DNA of 49,908 bases, taken from a virus (taxonomy: Duplodnaviria > Caudoviricetes). The notes beneath the pieces were generated by a model. It did no database searches. It was not told the origin of the DNA and saw only the letters and a program-made list of their open reading frames with translations. The stretch spans positions 1 to 49,908 of IMG/VR virus record IMGVR_UViG_3300032320_002563; one strand, given 5' to 3'. Every line of letters begins with the position of its first letter. Position 1 is the stretch's first letter. The translations under genes were made by a program, and so were the position numbers. Shown piece after piece: positions 30,608 through 39,671 of the stretch.

Positions 30608-31894
30608 ATGGCATATGTAATTAATTTAACCGATGGCGCTGTATTAACTACCATTGCAGACGGTACTCTTAATACTACCGCTAGTAGCATGGCCTTGCCA
30701 GGCAAAAATTATGCTGGTTATGGTATCTATTTGGACGAAAACTTTGTTCACCTGTTAGAAAATAGTTCCAATACCACAGCACCCAGCACTCCGCTGGTCG
30801 GACAACTGTGGTGGGACAGTGGCAATGCTGTGATGAATGTGTGGAATGGTTCGGTTTGGAAAACCATCAGTTCGGCCACGGCCAGTGGCACAGAACCCAC
30901 AAGCAATGTGGTTGGTGATCTATGGTACGATACCATAAATGAACAACTCAAAGTGTATACCGGAACCGATTGGTTGTTGGTAGGACCTGCATTCAGCGCC
31001 GGCCAAGGAACTACAGGTGCTATTCCTGTAACTATCAAAGACAACACAAACACTGACCGCACCATCCTGGAACTTTGGTCAGGCGGTACATTGATGGGCA
31101 TCTTGAGCCAATACACCACAACATTTACTCCGCAAACAGCCATCACTGGATTTGCCACCATCAAACCTGGTCTATCACTCAGCACAGCCAGCGCATCCTA
31201 TGTGTTCCAAGGCTCAATCACCAATGCTGCCACGCTTGGTGTACTTGAATTGGGATACCTCAGTTTCATGCGAGCCGATGCGGCTGCCACCACCACAGGA
31301 AAATTGACCACTACCAGTGATTCAGGACTGGCAGTGGGAGCCGACGGCGATTTTGCTGTCACAGTGGCAGGATCGGATGTCACAATCAGTAATACTCAAA
31401 CCAACGGTGATCTCTTGTTCCGCGCCAATGTGGCAGGAACACCCACCACAGTGATGACCATCAATGGTGCCGATGGTACCATTTCGGGCACCCAGATCAA
31501 CGCAAACTATGCCGACGTGGCAGAACGCTTTGAAGCAGATTCAGTCTATGCTCCGGGCACCGTGGTCGAACTGGGCGGATCAGCAGAAATCACACAAGTC
31601 ACAGGCGATCTCAGTGAAAATGTGTTTGGTGTAATAAGTACACGAGCAGCATATTTGATGAACAGCCAAGCAGGCTCAAATGAAACACACCCTCCAGTTG
31701 CAATGACTGGGCGAGTTCCTGTAAAAGTTGTGGGTCAAGTGCTCAAAGGAGAAAGATTGGTCAGTGCCGGCAACGGACTGGCCCGGGCAGCACGAACCGG
31801 CGAGGCCACAGCGTTCAACGTGATAGGCCGCGCACTGCGTGACAAATTGGATCACAGTGAAGGCACTGTCGAGGCCATAGTAACAATTAAATAG
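30608..31894 (+). CDS. Tail fibre-like protein with C-terminal intramolecular-chaperone/peptidase G2-like domain
   Basis: N-terminal GKNYAGYG..ENFVHLLEN, two GQLWWD/GDLWYD repeats, C-terminal YADVAERFEAD..YAPGTVV...GVIST...VAMTGRVPVKV. Confidence 0.65.
   Translation: MAYVINLTDGAVLTTIADGTLNTTASSMALPGKNYAGYGIYLDENFVHLLENSSNTTAPSTPLVGQLWWDSGNAVMNVWNGSVWKTISSATASGTEPTSNVVGDLWYDTINEQLKVYTGTDWLLVGPAFSAGQGTTGAIPVTIKDNTNTDRTILELWSGGTLMGILSQYTTTFTPQTAITGFATIKPGLSLSTASASYVFQGSITNAATLGVLELGYLSFMRADAAATTTGKLTTTSDSGLAVGADGDFAVTVAGSDVTISNTQTNGDLLFRANVAGTPTTVMTINGADGTISGTQINANYADVAERFEADSVYAPGTVVELGGSAEITQVTGDLSENVFGVISTRAAYLMNSQAGSNETHPPVAMTGRVPVKVVGQVLKGERLVSAGNGLARAARTGEATAFNVIGRALRDKLDHSEGTVEAIVTIK
31888..31893 (+). 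promoter_or_regulatory. Possible late promoter TAAATA box
   Basis: Overlaps the end of the fibre gene, about 80 nt upstream of ATG 31974. Confidence 0.35.
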
Positions 31895-31973
31895 ATAAAG
31901 GTTAAAATAACCCAGCGATTACAAAATAATTGCGTTGAGATTGATCAACTAATACAAAGGGGAAAAAAGAAAA

Positions 31974-32957
31974 ATGACATATTCAGTTGGCGGACTAATA
32001 CAAGCAACAGACTACAATGGTTTTGTAAGTACCAACGTCGGCGCAAACATCAATGCCACTTGGAACACCACCTACGGTCAAACAGCATTGTCCACAGTCA
32101 GTGCTGGCGGAACAGTAACTGCCACACAATGGTCCACACTGAACAGCACCGTGACCTCTTTGGCCAATCATCAGAATACCACGATCACATCAAGGACCAA
32201 CCCTGCCGCAGGCAACACCATTGCAATTTTATCAAATCTCAGCACTGACATTGGCAATTGCTATACCCGACGTTTTTTTGCAGCTAGCAGTGGCTCTCAA
32301 TTCACAGGCTGGACCGGAACTGCCAGCCAGACCAGCAAAGTCGGTGACACCAACACCAACTGGACCATAACCTTTACAGATACCATTACCTTTGCCAATG
32401 CCACAGCCTGTACCAACTTTTTTGGCGCCGGTGGCTTGATCAAAACCCAATTCAGCAAGACCAGCACTGGCAACGATGCCGACGCAGAGTGGAACAACCT
32501 GGTCAACACCGTGTGTGGAGCAGTGTTCTTCAGCAGTGATTCCAGCAGCAAGACCATAGCAGGAACATCATACACAGGAACCACAGTCATTGGTGGCACA
32601 GGAACACCATCCACTTTGGCCACAGGCACAGGATTCAATCAACTGGCCACAGGCACTCCAGTGACCATCTACAAACAGTTTGATACGGCTTATACCTATA
32701 CCACCAACTATGTTGAAGTCATTGTTACCAAAACTTCGAACACGGTGTTGACCTTTACCACAAACTGGTTCTCGGCAGCACGGAGCACATCTGGTAGCAG
32801 CCGGAGCATATCAGGCGGAACTGCCACCACAGGTATCACGTTTGGAACGGCTCCGACCACAGTTGTTACCTACTTCCCACCCAGCACCACTTATCTGACC
32901 AACACCTGGGGCGCACCTACTGTGGCCAGCACAGTCAGTGCCACACCTTACAGTTAA
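31974..32957 (+). CDS. Thr/Ser/Gly-rich virion structural (fibre-like) protein
   Basis: MTYSVGGLIQATDYN N-terminus; very Thr-rich with few charged residues; last gene before the terminator. Confidence 0.6.
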   Translation: MTYSVGGLIQATDYNGFVSTNVGANINATWNTTYGQTALSTVSAGGTVTATQWSTLNSTVTSLANHQNTTITSRTNPAAGNTIAILSNLSTDIGNCYTRRFFAASSGSQFTGWTGTASQTSKVGDTNTNWTITFTDTITFANATACTNFFGAGGLIKTQFSKTSTGNDADAEWNNLVNTVCGAVFFSSDSSSKTIAGTSYTGTTVIGGTGTPSTLATGTGFNQLATGTPVTIYKQFDTAYTYTTNYVEVIVTKTSNTVLTFTTNWFSAARSTSGSSRSISGGTATTGITFGTAPTTVVTYFPPSTTYLTNTWGAPTVASTVSATPYS

Positions 32958-32974
32958 AGCAATCCAATTTGCTC

Positions 32975-32996
32975 AAAAAGGGGCTTAGGCCCCTTT
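32975..32996. terminator. Intrinsic (probably bidirectional) terminator ending the structural operon
   Basis: AAAGGGGC-TTAG-GCCCCTTT perfect 8-bp stem; A-run before and T-rich sequence after. Confidence 0.75.
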
Positions 32997-33022
32997 ACCT
33001 TATCTATTTTTTGCTGTATAAT
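32994..33022 (+). promoter_or_regulatory. sigma70-like promoter for the modification operon, probably leaderless
   Basis: TTTACC-N17-TATAAT; 6 nt separate the -10 from ATG 33029. Confidence 0.6.
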
Positions 33023-33028
33023 ATCTAC

Positions 33029-33331
33029 ATGGATACCAACGAACTCATCGCTCACAGCCGCGCCCGTTTCGATCATCACCAAGCACGCCAGGTACTGAAA
33101 GAAAAATATCAAGCCAAATTTGTTTTTGCCCATGCCGGCGGCATGTGGCAAGCTGGCCCAGAATTATTGACCTTGTTGAAATGTTGTTCAGGTCCAGTGG
33201 TCATTTTGGACCTGTATGAAACACCTGTGCAAGTCGATGCCGAAGAATTTTATGAACAAGTTCTGCAACGCTGGCAAGAACAACTCAATGCCTGGTTGGT
33301 AGAATACGAGGAAATGAACAAAAATAGATGA
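33029..33331 (+). CDS. Hypothetical protein (100 aa), first gene of the modification operon
   Basis: ATG 33029 (MDTNELIAHSRARF...) preferred because the TTG 32969 extension runs through the terminator and promoter; ATGA overlap with the next gene. Confidence 0.7.
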   Translation: MDTNELIAHSRARFDHHQARQVLKEKYQAKFVFAHAGGMWQAGPELLTLLKCCSGPVVILDLYETPVQVDAEEFYEQVLQRWQEQLNAWLVEYEEMNKNR

Positions 33332-34134
33332 CACGCGGCATACTGATTTTTGCTTTCAACAACGAGCATGTGGACTATTTGAGCATGGCTGCTTGGTCAG
33401 CTCAACGCATACATCGACATCTTGATCTGCCTGTGTGTGTGGTAACCGACAGGACCGATGCCTGTGACAACAAACATTTTGATCGAGTTGTGCTAGTAGA
33501 TCTGCCCAGCTCGGGCCGTCCACGATATTTCAAAGACTACAAAAAAGTAGCGGTGTGGCACAACACCAATCGAGCCAATGCTTATGAATTGTCACCCTGG
33601 GACCATACCTTGGTCTTGGATGCAGACTATGTGGTGGCCTCCGATCAATTGGCCTGCTTGTTTGATGTTGACCAAGATTTTTTGGCGCATCGGTGGGCAC
33701 ACGATGTGTCTGGACAGCGGGCATTCTATGACAACAACTGGTTGGGCATGTATCGCATGCCCATGAGCTGGGCCACAGTCATGTGTTTTCGACGCAGTAA
33801 AAAAGCCCAATTCATATTTGACACCATGCAAATGATACGCGACAACTGGGATCACTATCGACATCTTTATCACATTGGTGAGAACAGTTATCGCAACGAT
33901 TACTCAATGAGCATAGCTCAAAATCTCGTAGACGGACACACGCTGTCATCGCCACACATACCCTGGAGTCTGGTTACAGTTACTCCAGAAACCAAGCTGG
34001 AACAGATTGATCAAGATACATACAAAATCACCTATGAAACCGCAGAATCAAAAATCAAATGGATGTATTTGAAACAAGATTTCCATGCCATGGGCAAACA
34101 GGCCTTGGAGACCATAATTGCCGGTAACAGCTGA
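33328..34134 (+). CDS. Putative GT-A fold glycosyltransferase (nucleotide-diphospho-sugar transferase)
   Basis: RGILIFA..., ELSPWDHTLVLDADY (DxD), YRNDYSMS, C-terminal FHAMGK. Confidence 0.7.
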   Translation: MTRGILIFAFNNEHVDYLSMAAWSAQRIHRHLDLPVCVVTDRTDACDNKHFDRVVLVDLPSSGRPRYFKDYKKVAVWHNTNRANAYELSPWDHTLVLDADYVVASDQLACLFDVDQDFLAHRWAHDVSGQRAFYDNNWLGMYRMPMSWATVMCFRRSKKAQFIFDTMQMIRDNWDHYRHLYHIGENSYRNDYSMSIAQNLVDGHTLSSPHIPWSLVTVTPETKLEQIDQDTYKITYETAESKIKWMYLKQDFHAMGKQALETIIAGNS

Positions 34135-34858
34135 ACGCGGCTATGTCATACCGGCCATCAATTCAGGCCAGGTTGATTTTGTAGCCTGTGCCGAACAGTT
34201 GGCCGATAGCCTACGCCAATATCATCCAGACGCCAACATAACCATACTCACAAAAGAAATGTTGCCACACGGTGATCAGGGTGGATGGGCCAATGATTGG
34301 CAGTGCTTTGAAGCAAGCCCTTACAGACAAACTATCAAACTGGAAGCCGACATGTTGGTGACCAGTCCTGTTGATCACTGGTGGACCTTGTTTGAAAACC
34401 GCGATGTTGTGATCAGTCAAGGTTGCAGAGATTTTTACAACGAACCTGCTGCATCAAGAAAATACCGACAATTGTTTGACAACAATCAATTGCCAGATGT
34501 TTACAATGCCATAACCTACTGGCGGCTCAGTGCCACGGCACAAGAATTTTTTTCACGGGTGCGAACAGTGTTTGAAAACTGGGACCAATTCAAAGTCCTT
34601 TTGAAATTTCCCGACGAAGCACCCAGCACCGATGTGGTCTATGCCATGGTGGCGGTGATCATGGGACCGGAACGAGTGACCTTGCCAGTGGGTCTAGGGC
34701 CATCAGTTACGCACATGAAACAGTCAATCATTCCCACGCAAACATCAGACTGGACCAAAGAACTGGTCTGGGAAAATACAGATCCTGGCTTGCGTATACA
34801 AACTGTGGCACAGTCGGGTTTGTTTCACTATCACATCAAAGATTGGAGGGTAACATGA
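34118..34858 (+). CDS. Putative GT-A fold glycosyltransferase, paralog of the upstream gene
   Basis: RGYVIPA..., ASPYRQTIKLEADM (ExD in place of DxD), STDVVYA, FHYHIK; TTG start overlapping the upstream gene. Confidence 0.65.
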   Translation: MPVTAERGYVIPAINSGQVDFVACAEQLADSLRQYHPDANITILTKEMLPHGDQGGWANDWQCFEASPYRQTIKLEADMLVTSPVDHWWTLFENRDVVISQGCRDFYNEPAASRKYRQLFDNNQLPDVYNAITYWRLSATAQEFFSRVRTVFENWDQFKVLLKFPDEAPSTDVVYAMVAVIMGPERVTLPVGLGPSVTHMKQSIIPTQTSDWTKELVWENTDPGLRIQTVAQSGLFHYHIKDWRVT

Positions 34859-35127
34859 GTGATGATTCACAACGTATCAAGCACAGCCGACGCATCAGCA
34901 GAACACGTGATGCAGAAATGCGCCAGGTCAGAATAGCTCGAGCTCATGGTATCACTGTGAAAGAATATCATAGATATGCCAAACATCACGCTATGAATTG
35001 TGGCCGCCCAAACTGTTTGCTTTGCACGAACCCCCGACGCACTTGGAAAGAAAAAACCATACAGGAAAAAAGTTTTGAGGGGCAGGCACGGGCCGATCAG
35101 AGAAAACTCGATGACCATGATGACTGA
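34855..35127 (+). CDS. Small basic Cys/His-rich protein (possible Zn-binding)
   Basis: GGAGG SD at 34845, ATG 34855 in an ATGA overlap; HHAMNCGRPNCLLCTNPR motif. Confidence 0.65.
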   Translation: MSDDSQRIKHSRRISRTRDAEMRQVRIARAHGITVKEYHRYAKHHAMNCGRPNCLLCTNPRRTWKEKTIQEKSFEGQARADQRKLDDHDD

Positions 35128-35473
35128 ACAAGAATTTTTAGAGATATGGCAGAATCAACAAACTGATCAGGTTGAAATTGAATATCGACTCTACTATGAT
35201 GCGCAAGGGTGGCCCTTATTTTACAGCACTGAACAGGTAGAAGGTAATTATGTTGTTATTGACCGACAAACATACTTGGACAGTCCCAAACACATACGAA
35301 TTGTTGAAGGTAAAATCAAACGCATCAAAGTTTTGTATGGAAAAAAACTAGTGCCTGCCGAGCAGGGTCAAGCCTGTGATCCAGCAGATGTGTGTGTGAT
35401 TGTGTCAGATCAGTTGTCCAGTAAAAAATGGGCCATAAAACACGAGGAACCCGAGGAAGATGAAGCAAGTTGA
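35111..35473 (+). CDS. Hypothetical protein (about 120 aa)
   Basis: Start at one of ATG 35111/35117/35120, overlapping the previous stop; EYRLYYDAQG..FYS motif. Confidence 0.6.
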   Translation: MTMMTEQEFLEIWQNQQTDQVEIEYRLYYDAQGWPLFYSTEQVEGNYVVIDRQTYLDSPKHIRIVEGKIKRIKVLYGKKLVPAEQGQACDPADVCVIVSDQLSSKKWAIKHEEPEEDEAS

Positions 35474-36389
35474 CATAGCAGATTTAGATTGCATATATTT
35501 GACCTATGATGAGCCACAGAAAGAGGAATTCTGGGTGCGAATCAAGAACATGATTCCCTGGGCTCGGCGTGTAGATGGTGTCAAAGGTTCAGACGCAGCA
35601 CACAAAGCTGCCGCAGAAGCCAGCGACACAGAACGTTTCATATTGATTGACGGTGACAACATACCCGATGAACGTTTTTTTAACCTGACCTTGGAATTTG
35701 CCGACGGTGAATGGGAAACTGCTGTTTTCCGTTGGCGGGCAAGAAATCACGTCAACGGACTCATGTATGGCAATGGCGGAATCAGTTCGTGGACACGTAC
35801 CCATGTGCGAAACATGCGTACACATGAGGCTTCAGAAGGAACCACCGAAACTGAAGTAGAATTCTGTTTTCATCCACTGTATTGGCCCATGTATGATTGT
35901 TATTCGACCACTTACCCCAATGGATCGGCCTTCCATGCCTGGCGTGCCGGATTCCGTGAAGGTGTAAAGATGTGCTTGAATTACGGAGCCAGACCCACGG
36001 TGTCTGCTTTCCGTGAAAGAGTGCATCAGCGCAATTTAGACCACTTGACCATATGGCACAACGTGGGCCGTGATGTGGAACATGGCATCTGGGCCATAGC
36101 CGGCAGCAGGATGGGTACTTACATGACCATGATCACTCCTCAATGGGACCATCGTGTGGTACAAGATTTCGCAGAGTTAGAAAAGCTCTGGGATACTGTG
36201 AAAGACCATGACCCTGAAACTGTGGCAGGTCGTGTGGCCGAAGATCTTGTAACACAATTGGATTTACCAATTACTATGATGGATGAACAGGCCAGTGCTT
36301 TTTTTAAACAGCACTATAGATCAAACTGGCACAATCAAGGTGTCATGGTTCGAGAAATGGATGTAATTCGTAGACAAGAGGGATGGTAA
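35460..36389 (+). CDS. Putative GT-A fold glycosyltransferase-like protein
   Basis: IYLTYDEP, RVDGVKGSDAAHKAAA, FILIDGDN (DxD), NGLMYGNGG, AWRAGFREGVKM. Confidence 0.6.
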   Translation: MKQVDIADLDCIYLTYDEPQKEEFWVRIKNMIPWARRVDGVKGSDAAHKAAAEASDTERFILIDGDNIPDERFFNLTLEFADGEWETAVFRWRARNHVNGLMYGNGGISSWTRTHVRNMRTHEASEGTTETEVEFCFHPLYWPMYDCYSTTYPNGSAFHAWRAGFREGVKMCLNYGARPTVSAFRERVHQRNLDHLTIWHNVGRDVEHGIWAIAGSRMGTYMTMITPQWDHRVVQDFAELEKLWDTVKDHDPETVAGRVAEDLVTQLDLPITMMDEQASAFFKQHYRSNWHNQGVMVREMDVIRRQEGW

Positions 36390-37393
36390 TAATGAAATTC
36401 ACAGTTATTCCAGCCGACAATTATATTTGGAATATTGCAGATCTAAATAAATTTCTTATTGATAATCAGGGTCAAGATATAGAAATATCAACAAAAGATG
36501 AAGGATGCTGTTGTCGATCCATTGGACTTTATGATTTGTTAGATCAGTTTAAGTTCAACAGCGTTGTTATACACACCAATAATCCATTGGAAAAACACAA
36601 CAAGTATAGTATTCAAATAGTGTCGCCTTGGCAATTTTTAAAGGTGCGACAAGAAATTGAACCAGAATTTCATACCTGGGACAAAACTCAAATATTTGGA
36701 ACATTGTATGGCAGGCCTACATGGCACCGTATTGGAATTGCTGCTCACCTATTAACATATCACAGTCAACTTAGTCTTGTTGGGTGTTTGTGCGACCCAA
36801 CCAATATTGACAACCGAGAATTTGTTGAAACAAACGAATTATATAAAAACGATCTTGCAAGTTTTAAAAATTTTGGAAATATTATAAATCAATTGCCTTT
36901 ACAGTTGCCAGCTGTGACTACATATGTACCAGGTATATATGAACCCGGGGGATCGGTCTTATTTTATCCAGGAAAATCAGCGACAGACAGACAGGTAGAA
37001 CAAACTAAACAACCTTACAAAAATTTTTTTATTGATATCGTGGCTGAAACATTTACCAGTGGTGATTGTTTTTATATAACCGAAAAAACTGTGCGTCCAA
37101 TGGTTCTTAAAAAACCATTTATCATCATGGGATCTAAAGATTATCTCTGTTATCTACGTCAGTTGGGATTTAAAACATTCCAAACACCAAACTTGGACTT
37201 TTGGTCTGAGGATTATGATGGATACGAGGGCCGAGACCGATACGTGAGAATATTGGCATTGATAGATGAGTTAGCCAAAAAATCCAAAGAAGAATTACAA
37301 GATATGTATCAGGCCATGCAACCTATACTTGATCACAACTACAATCTACTACAGACCCAAAGTTATAACAAAACTATAACAAAGATAATATGA
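36383..37393 (+). CDS. Putative GT-B/GT10-like glycosyltransferase, paralog 1 (AT-rich gene)
   Basis: C-terminal IVAETF..YITEKTVRP..KKPFIIMG..LRQLGFKTF..SEDYD recalls the GT10 fucosyltransferase E..TEK donor motif; alternative start ATG 36392. Confidence 0.5.
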   Translation: MVIMKFTVIPADNYIWNIADLNKFLIDNQGQDIEISTKDEGCCCRSIGLYDLLDQFKFNSVVIHTNNPLEKHNKYSIQIVSPWQFLKVRQEIEPEFHTWDKTQIFGTLYGRPTWHRIGIAAHLLTYHSQLSLVGCLCDPTNIDNREFVETNELYKNDLASFKNFGNIINQLPLQLPAVTTYVPGIYEPGGSVLFYPGKSATDRQVEQTKQPYKNFFIDIVAETFTSGDCFYITEKTVRPMVLKKPFIIMGSKDYLCYLRQLGFKTFQTPNLDFWSEDYDGYEGRDRYVRILALIDELAKKSKEELQDMYQAMQPILDHNYNLLQTQSYNKTITKII

Positions 37394-38805
37394 TAACAAA
37401 CAAAGGTGACGAAGTCGCAACAGACTTTAAATCAAAATTTCTAAGTAGTGCAGAGGACATGAAGGACAATCTTGGCCCGGCACTTTGTTTGGCCAAATGG
37501 AAACAAGTGAGTCTGCACCTACCCACGGGATTAAACAACAGTTGCTATCATCCACCGTTGCACGCAATACCAGCAGAACTATTAAAGGATAATCCATCGG
37601 CATTACATAATACCCCGCACAAAAAAGAACAGCGTAAGATTATGTTACGGCAAGAACGCCCCACTGAGTGCAGTTATTGTTGGGCCATGGAAGACAACGG
37701 CAAACTCAGCGATCGGCACTATAGAAGTGGTGAGCCCTGGGCCGCCAAAGATTTTTATAGCATAATAAATTCAACCGGAGATGAAGATGTCTTACCTAGT
37801 TACGTGGAAGTTAATTTTAATAATGCTTGTAATCTTGCCTGTTCTTATTGTAGTCCACAATATTCATCGACGTGGGCTCAAGAAGTCGAACGCGAAGGCG
37901 GATATCCTACTTTCGTTGTTCATAACGATCCTGATCACTTTACCGGTGATCGTAGGGTTATACCTAATAGAGAGCATAATCCTTATGTAGAAGCATTTTG
38001 GCAGTGGTGGCCACAACTGTATCCAGAGCTAGAACATTTTCGCATGACCGGCGGTGAGCCCTTGTTGGATCGGAATACCTATCGTGTGTTTGATTATGTG
38101 TTGGCCAATCCCAAACCTGATCTTCATCTCAATGTGACCAGTAACTTCAGCGTGGATGAAAAGTCGTGGCAGAAGTATTTGGGTTATGTCAAACAGTTGT
38201 GCGAAGGCGAACGGATCGAACATTTCATGCAGTATGTTAGTTTAGACAGTTTCGGCTCACAGGCAGAATACATCAGACACGGACTGGACTTTGACCTATT
38301 ATGGGATCGTGTGAATCAGTTCCTGACTGAAATTCCTGGTCGCAATTCGATTACATTTATTGTTACAATGAATAATTTGAGTGTGACTGGACTAGGCAAA
38401 TTGTTTTCGGCTATACTGGGTCTTAGACAAATCTACAGCAAAACATATCAACGCATATGGTTTGACACACCAGTGTTGCGACAACCTGCCTGGCAGAGCC
38501 TGCAACTCCTGCCCGAAAGTTATGTTGATCAGTTGGAGACAGTATGGGCATTTATGCTTAAAAATGTTGAGACCCAGGCCACTAGATTTCAAGGATTCAA
38601 AGACTACGAGATAGCCCGTCTGGATCGAGACATTGCCTGGATGCGTGATGGACAACAACTGCCCAAAGAGTATCTTGCCCGCAACAAAGCAGACTTCTAT
38701 AGATTCTTTGCCGAACATGATCGCAGACGTGGCACAGACTTTCTAAAGACCTTTCCAGAAATGACCGCATGGTGGGAAGAATGTCGGTATTGGAGTCAGA
38801 AATGA
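37390..38805 (+). CDS. Radical SAM protein with N-terminal twitch-like Fe-S domain, paralog 1
   Basis: CNLACSYC, TGGEP, EYIRHG; N-terminal CLAKW..SCYHP..CSYCW. Confidence 0.88.
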   Translation: MITNKGDEVATDFKSKFLSSAEDMKDNLGPALCLAKWKQVSLHLPTGLNNSCYHPPLHAIPAELLKDNPSALHNTPHKKEQRKIMLRQERPTECSYCWAMEDNGKLSDRHYRSGEPWAAKDFYSIINSTGDEDVLPSYVEVNFNNACNLACSYCSPQYSSTWAQEVEREGGYPTFVVHNDPDHFTGDRRVIPNREHNPYVEAFWQWWPQLYPELEHFRMTGGEPLLDRNTYRVFDYVLANPKPDLHLNVTSNFSVDEKSWQKYLGYVKQLCEGERIEHFMQYVSLDSFGSQAEYIRHGLDFDLLWDRVNQFLTEIPGRNSITFIVTMNNLSVTGLGKLFSAILGLRQIYSKTYQRIWFDTPVLRQPAWQSLQLLPESYVDQLETVWAFMLKNVETQATRFQGFKDYEIARLDRDIAWMRDGQQLPKEYLARNKADFYRFFAEHDRRRGTDFLKTFPEMTAWWEECRYWSQK

Positions 38806-39671
38806 AAATATTAGTAACCGGTAGCGAAGGGTTCTTAGGAAAGCATTTATGCAAATACCTTACAAACAAAGGCCATCAAGTTGTTGCTGCAGATAAAAAA
38901 AATGGTATAGATTTAGGCAATAAAGATACAGTGATGGCCTTGCCAGATGTTGACATAGTATTTCATGCAGCCGCCTTTAACGGAACCAAACATTTTTATC
39001 AAACTCCTTATTCAGTAATAAGAGATAATATATTACCCACACAGTTTCTATTAGACAGATATGCTGGCAAGTGTGATAATTTTATTTTTACCGGAACTTG
39101 CGAATCTTATGCAGGTGCAATTGATACATTTGATTTCAAAGTACCAACAAACGAAAAGGTGCCATTGGTGGTATCCGACATTTATAACCCAAGATGGAGT
39201 TATGGTGGATCAAAGATCGTTGGCGAATTAATGTGTGTTGCTGCCCTGGTTGAATTAAATCAAGGTTATACTATAATTAGATATCATAATGTCTATGGCC
39301 CTGGACAAGTTGATCATTTTATTCCAGAATTTGCAACTCGAGCAGAAACTGGAAATACTGAACTATACGGCTACAGTAACACGCGATCTTTTATGTATGT
39401 CACGGATGCAATAGAAATAACAGAAAAATTATTGTATACACCGCTTAACCAAGCCATTAATGTTGGCACAGAAGACGAAGTAAGTATTAAACAAGTAGCA
39501 CAAATGATATTAGACTATAAAAATATATCAACTGATCTAATCTTAAAACCGTCACCGCCCGGGTCGGTTACTCGACGTTGTCCCGATATTACCTTACTTA
39601 AATCATTATTTAATTTTGAACCTAAGGTAAGTCTAGTAGACGGACTCAAATTGACGCTAGACTCATTATGA
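38802..39671 (+). CDS. NAD-dependent NDP-sugar epimerase/dehydratase (extended SDR)
   Basis: MKILVTGSEGFLG (Rossmann), YGGSK catalytic YxxxK, RYHNVYGP, TRSFMYVTD; ATG 38802 in an ATGA overlap with a GGAG SD. Confidence 0.9.
   Translation: MKILVTGSEGFLGKHLCKYLTNKGHQVVAADKKNGIDLGNKDTVMALPDVDIVFHAAAFNGTKHFYQTPYSVIRDNILPTQFLLDRYAGKCDNFIFTGTCESYAGAIDTFDFKVPTNEKVPLVVSDIYNPRWSYGGSKIVGELMCVAALVELNQGYTIIRYHNVYGPGQVDHFIPEFATRAETGNTELYGYSNTRSFMYVTDAIEITEKLLYTPLNQAINVGTEDEVSIKQVAQMILDYKNISTDLILKPSPPGSVTRRCPDITLLKSLFNFEPKVSLVDGLKLTLDSL

Noticed and set aside
4122-32638. Many antisense ORFs of 60-214 aa within structural genes (e.g. 15984-16628, 4909-5397)
   Set aside because: Nested in long coding genes, no motifs or SD; expected by-product of codon bias
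32969-33028. N-terminal extension of the 120-aa ORF from TTG 32969
   Set aside because: Runs through the terminator and promoter; ATG 33029 is more plausible
35000-35110. N-terminal extension of the 157-aa ORF
   Set aside because: Overlaps the Cys-rich ORF by more than 100 nt; ATGs at 35111-35120 give normal coupling
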